Shown here: piece by piece, positions 61,283 to 64,000 of the stretch
Numbering within the stretch: the stretch's first letter is position 1
Layout: every line of letters begins with the position of its first letter
Origin: Lingula anatina
Lineage: Eukaryota > Animalia > Brachiopoda
Direction: 5' to 3'
NCBI GenBank assembly: GCA_051362555.1
Contig: CM120641.1
Coordinates: 13,392,001-13,456,000 of the forward strand
Length of the DNA stretch: 64,000 nucleotides
The notes under the pieces: generated by a model
Told to the model about the DNA's origin: nothing
The model's database searches: none
The model's input: only the letters and a program-made list of their open reading frames with translations
Program-made: the position numbers and the translations under genes

Positions 61283-64000
61283 ATGGTAAGTAAATCTCAG
61301 CATTTAACCTCAAATGTAATTATTTTCAGTAGAATGGATTGGTAAGTTGTAATGTACTACAGTTATATGGGGACATGTTTACAGGTGCAAGCTTAATCGG
61401 AATTACTTTTTGAGATGACTTTATCAAAGGTACCAAAAAAGTAATTTGGTATGTACATGTAGTGAGCATTCAAATGGCACTCTCCAATCAATTTTTCAAT
61501 TTCACAACAAAACACCATCAAAATTTAAGGCATTTTTTTGCCAGGTCAGTACCTCTCATTATGTTTGCCCTTGATCACAATTCACTTATATATATGCATC
61601 TTGTAGGCCCACAAACTTGTACATTAGTAGTATACAAATGACCTTTAAGTTTTCCTATGGAATTTGGTAAGTCTGGGCAAATGAAGTTTATAGCTATACT
61701 TGGAACATCTGTAACAGGTAAACACTCACAGCCTCATAAAAGCTTCAATTCTGTCATTATCTATACATTTTCAATGTGTCTTAACAATGACAACTTTATC
61801 CACCTCCCTCCAACCTGCCAAATTAAAAATGATGTTTTTATAAGACCAGTGGACTTAAACAATGACTTCTCCATAGTTCTTTTCCAACAAAGTGCTGCAT
61901 ACTTGATATAATGTATTTTTATATCTCCCACATTTATATGCAGCATGAGTAACCAGACCAGTGAAAAATTACCATAACAATGTCATCAGTGTACTTCAAA
62001 GAATCTGAAGCATTTAACTACCATTTCCCCACATAAAAAATTATTGACTCTTTTGAGTATTAAAGACACATCCATTTGCCTATGGACTTCATTATATAAA
62101 TGAAAAAAGCAGAATTTCAGCTGTGTAAATCTGTTTCAGAAAAATTATGCAAAACACATTTTGACCTAAAAATTATGCTGAAAGCAATAAAAACATCTTG
62201 AACATTCAGACTTTATGCGACAAATCTGTCCTTGTTCATGGAATGTAGGACAAGTTGGTTTGACAACAAACAACCATCCTATTCAATTAAAACAATTTGA
62301 GACTGGGAAATGGTGTACAATATATGTCACTCTCTGTATATCTACGTCATCTCCTGACCAGTTATTTGTTCTTATTTTCAGATACCCAAACACAAACAAA
62401 AACCAACAACGACAAGTGCAAAAGCTATTCTGTCTCTCTGTCTGACTTTAACAGCAATATCCTTAACTGACAGTCAACTGTGCCCCCTTCCTCCTCCTTG
62501 TGGATGTGAAAGAGGAGAAAATGGAGCTGTAATTAACTGCAGATACTACAAACTTACAGCTTTGCCAGAAATAACACCGAGCAATGTCACATTCTATGAG
62601 CTTACCTTGGCTCATAACAACATTCATCTTTTAACACCAGGGATGTTTCAAGGACTTTCTATCCAAAGATTGGACCTCAGCAGCAATCCAATTGAGTACC
62701 TTGACAATAACACCTTTATTGGGCTGGAGTCTTCCCTAACTGAGCTCATTTTAGAGGTTCGTGAAGGAACACAAGTTCATATAAACATGGAAGCCATAAC
62801 AAGTTTAACTAAATTGGAATATCTTTATCTGAAAGGATTTACAATGCCAGTATTACCAGATGCATTATTTCATGAACTGACAAATCTACGACAGCTTTAC
62901 TTAGAGTCATGTGCTGTAAGACAAATATCAAGCAATACTTTCAGTGTTATAAACAACACTTTAGAGGAGCTTCATTTGATAAATAACAACATCACAGAAG
63001 TGCCAACAAGTGGGCTATCACTGTTGAAAAACCTCAAAATTCTTGATCTCTCCGGGAATATCATTCGGTCAATTAATACAGATTCTTTTCAAGGTCTTAC
63101 AGCATTGGTAGACCTAGATCTATCCCATAATGCACTGCAGATTCTCCATTTGAATGCATTCAGGGGACTGGAGGTCAACTTGGAAAAACTTTCCCTACAT
63201 CTCAACATCTTGATGGAGCTTCAACTCCCTGCAATATCAAAGTTATATAAACTCAAAAGTCTCAATCTTGCAAATAACCAGATTCAGACCATTCAAAATG
63301 GACTGTTCACAAATCTTACAAGATTGGAGTATCTTAACATACTTGGCAACCAGCTACGTGCAATTACCCCATATACATTCAATGGACTTCATACAAGACT
63401 AAAATCTCTCATTTTAGCAGAAAATAGGTTACGCTACATTGCAAATGAAACATTCCTATCCTTCAATTCACTTGAAGAGCTTTATCTGGACAATCAGCAG
63501 CTAGTGGGGCTATTCAATCCTCATACTTTCAATGGATTAGAGAAAAATCTGAAAGTTCTCAGTATTGACAATGTTGGATTCAGTTCTACAGCTTGGCTCA
63601 GTCTAAAGCCTCTCACAAAACTCAGGACACTTAATCTCTGTCACAATCAGGTCACCATCATTCCAAACTATTTCTTTGAAAATTTCACCCACCTCAATAC
63701 TTTAAAACTATGTCACAATAGTATGTATACTCTGGCCCAGGCCACCCTATATGGCCTTCAAAGTACGCTACGTAGGCTTCTCCTTAATAATAACAATATA
63801 GTGTCTATGGACAGATGCACTTTTAATGAATTCCATTTTCTGGAGGAGGTGACACTGGGAGGTAACCCCCTGCAGTGTGACTGTAGACTGCAATGGTTAA
63901 AAGAATGGGTTAACAGGACATTCACACCTTTCTTACAGCAGGTGCTAATTGACTGGCGTTGTGACCAGCCTGAGGATGTTCAAGGAAAACTTTTCAGAAT
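61283..64000 (+). CDS. Extracellular leucine-rich-repeat protein (signal peptide, LRRNT, many LRRs, LRRCT); 3' end beyond the window
   Basis: Long frame open from the TTTTCAG acceptor (exon starts 62382) to the window end; absent from the ORF track because it has no stop. Translation: AILSLCLTLTAISLTDSQ-LCPLPPPCGC...VINC, repeats such as IQRLDLSSNPI, LKILDLSGNII and LKSLNLANNQI, and LRRCT GNPLQCDCRLQWL...WRCDQP. Phase-0 upstream exon ends in AAAATG|GTAAGT (ATG 61283-61285; this start is less certain). Confidence 0.9.

Overview
AT-rich, intron-rich animal genomic DNA, most likely an invertebrate; no prokaryotic features, rRNA, tRNA or CRISPR were recognised. Protein-coding content: the last exon of an unidentified + strand gene (1-355); an intronless, motif-divergent class A GPCR (-); a 10-exon ankyrin-repeat/SOCS-box (ASB-like) gene (+); TADA2B (-); the 3' ~27 exons of ATG2 (-); and an extracellular LRR gene (+) nested antisense in an ATG2 intron and running off the window. 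The non-coding DNA is a layered transposon record. It includes a 1.26-kb tandem duplication whose second copy carries a 5'-truncated L2/CR1-type LINE with a 7-bp TSD, and three families of Helentron-associated (HINE/DINE-1-like) elements, two of them carrying 146-337 bp satellite arrays. It also includes a TA-flanked TIR element and Academ-, Kolobok- and Harbinger-like MITEs, several nested in one another. Most unusual: two multi-kb HINE-like insertions both sit inside polypyrimidine tracts of the ASB gene, ending 7-10 nt before the 3' splice junction, and appear to supply a replacement branch point and pyrimidine tract. Three probable GC-AG introns also occur. All calls were made by eye, without alignment tools.
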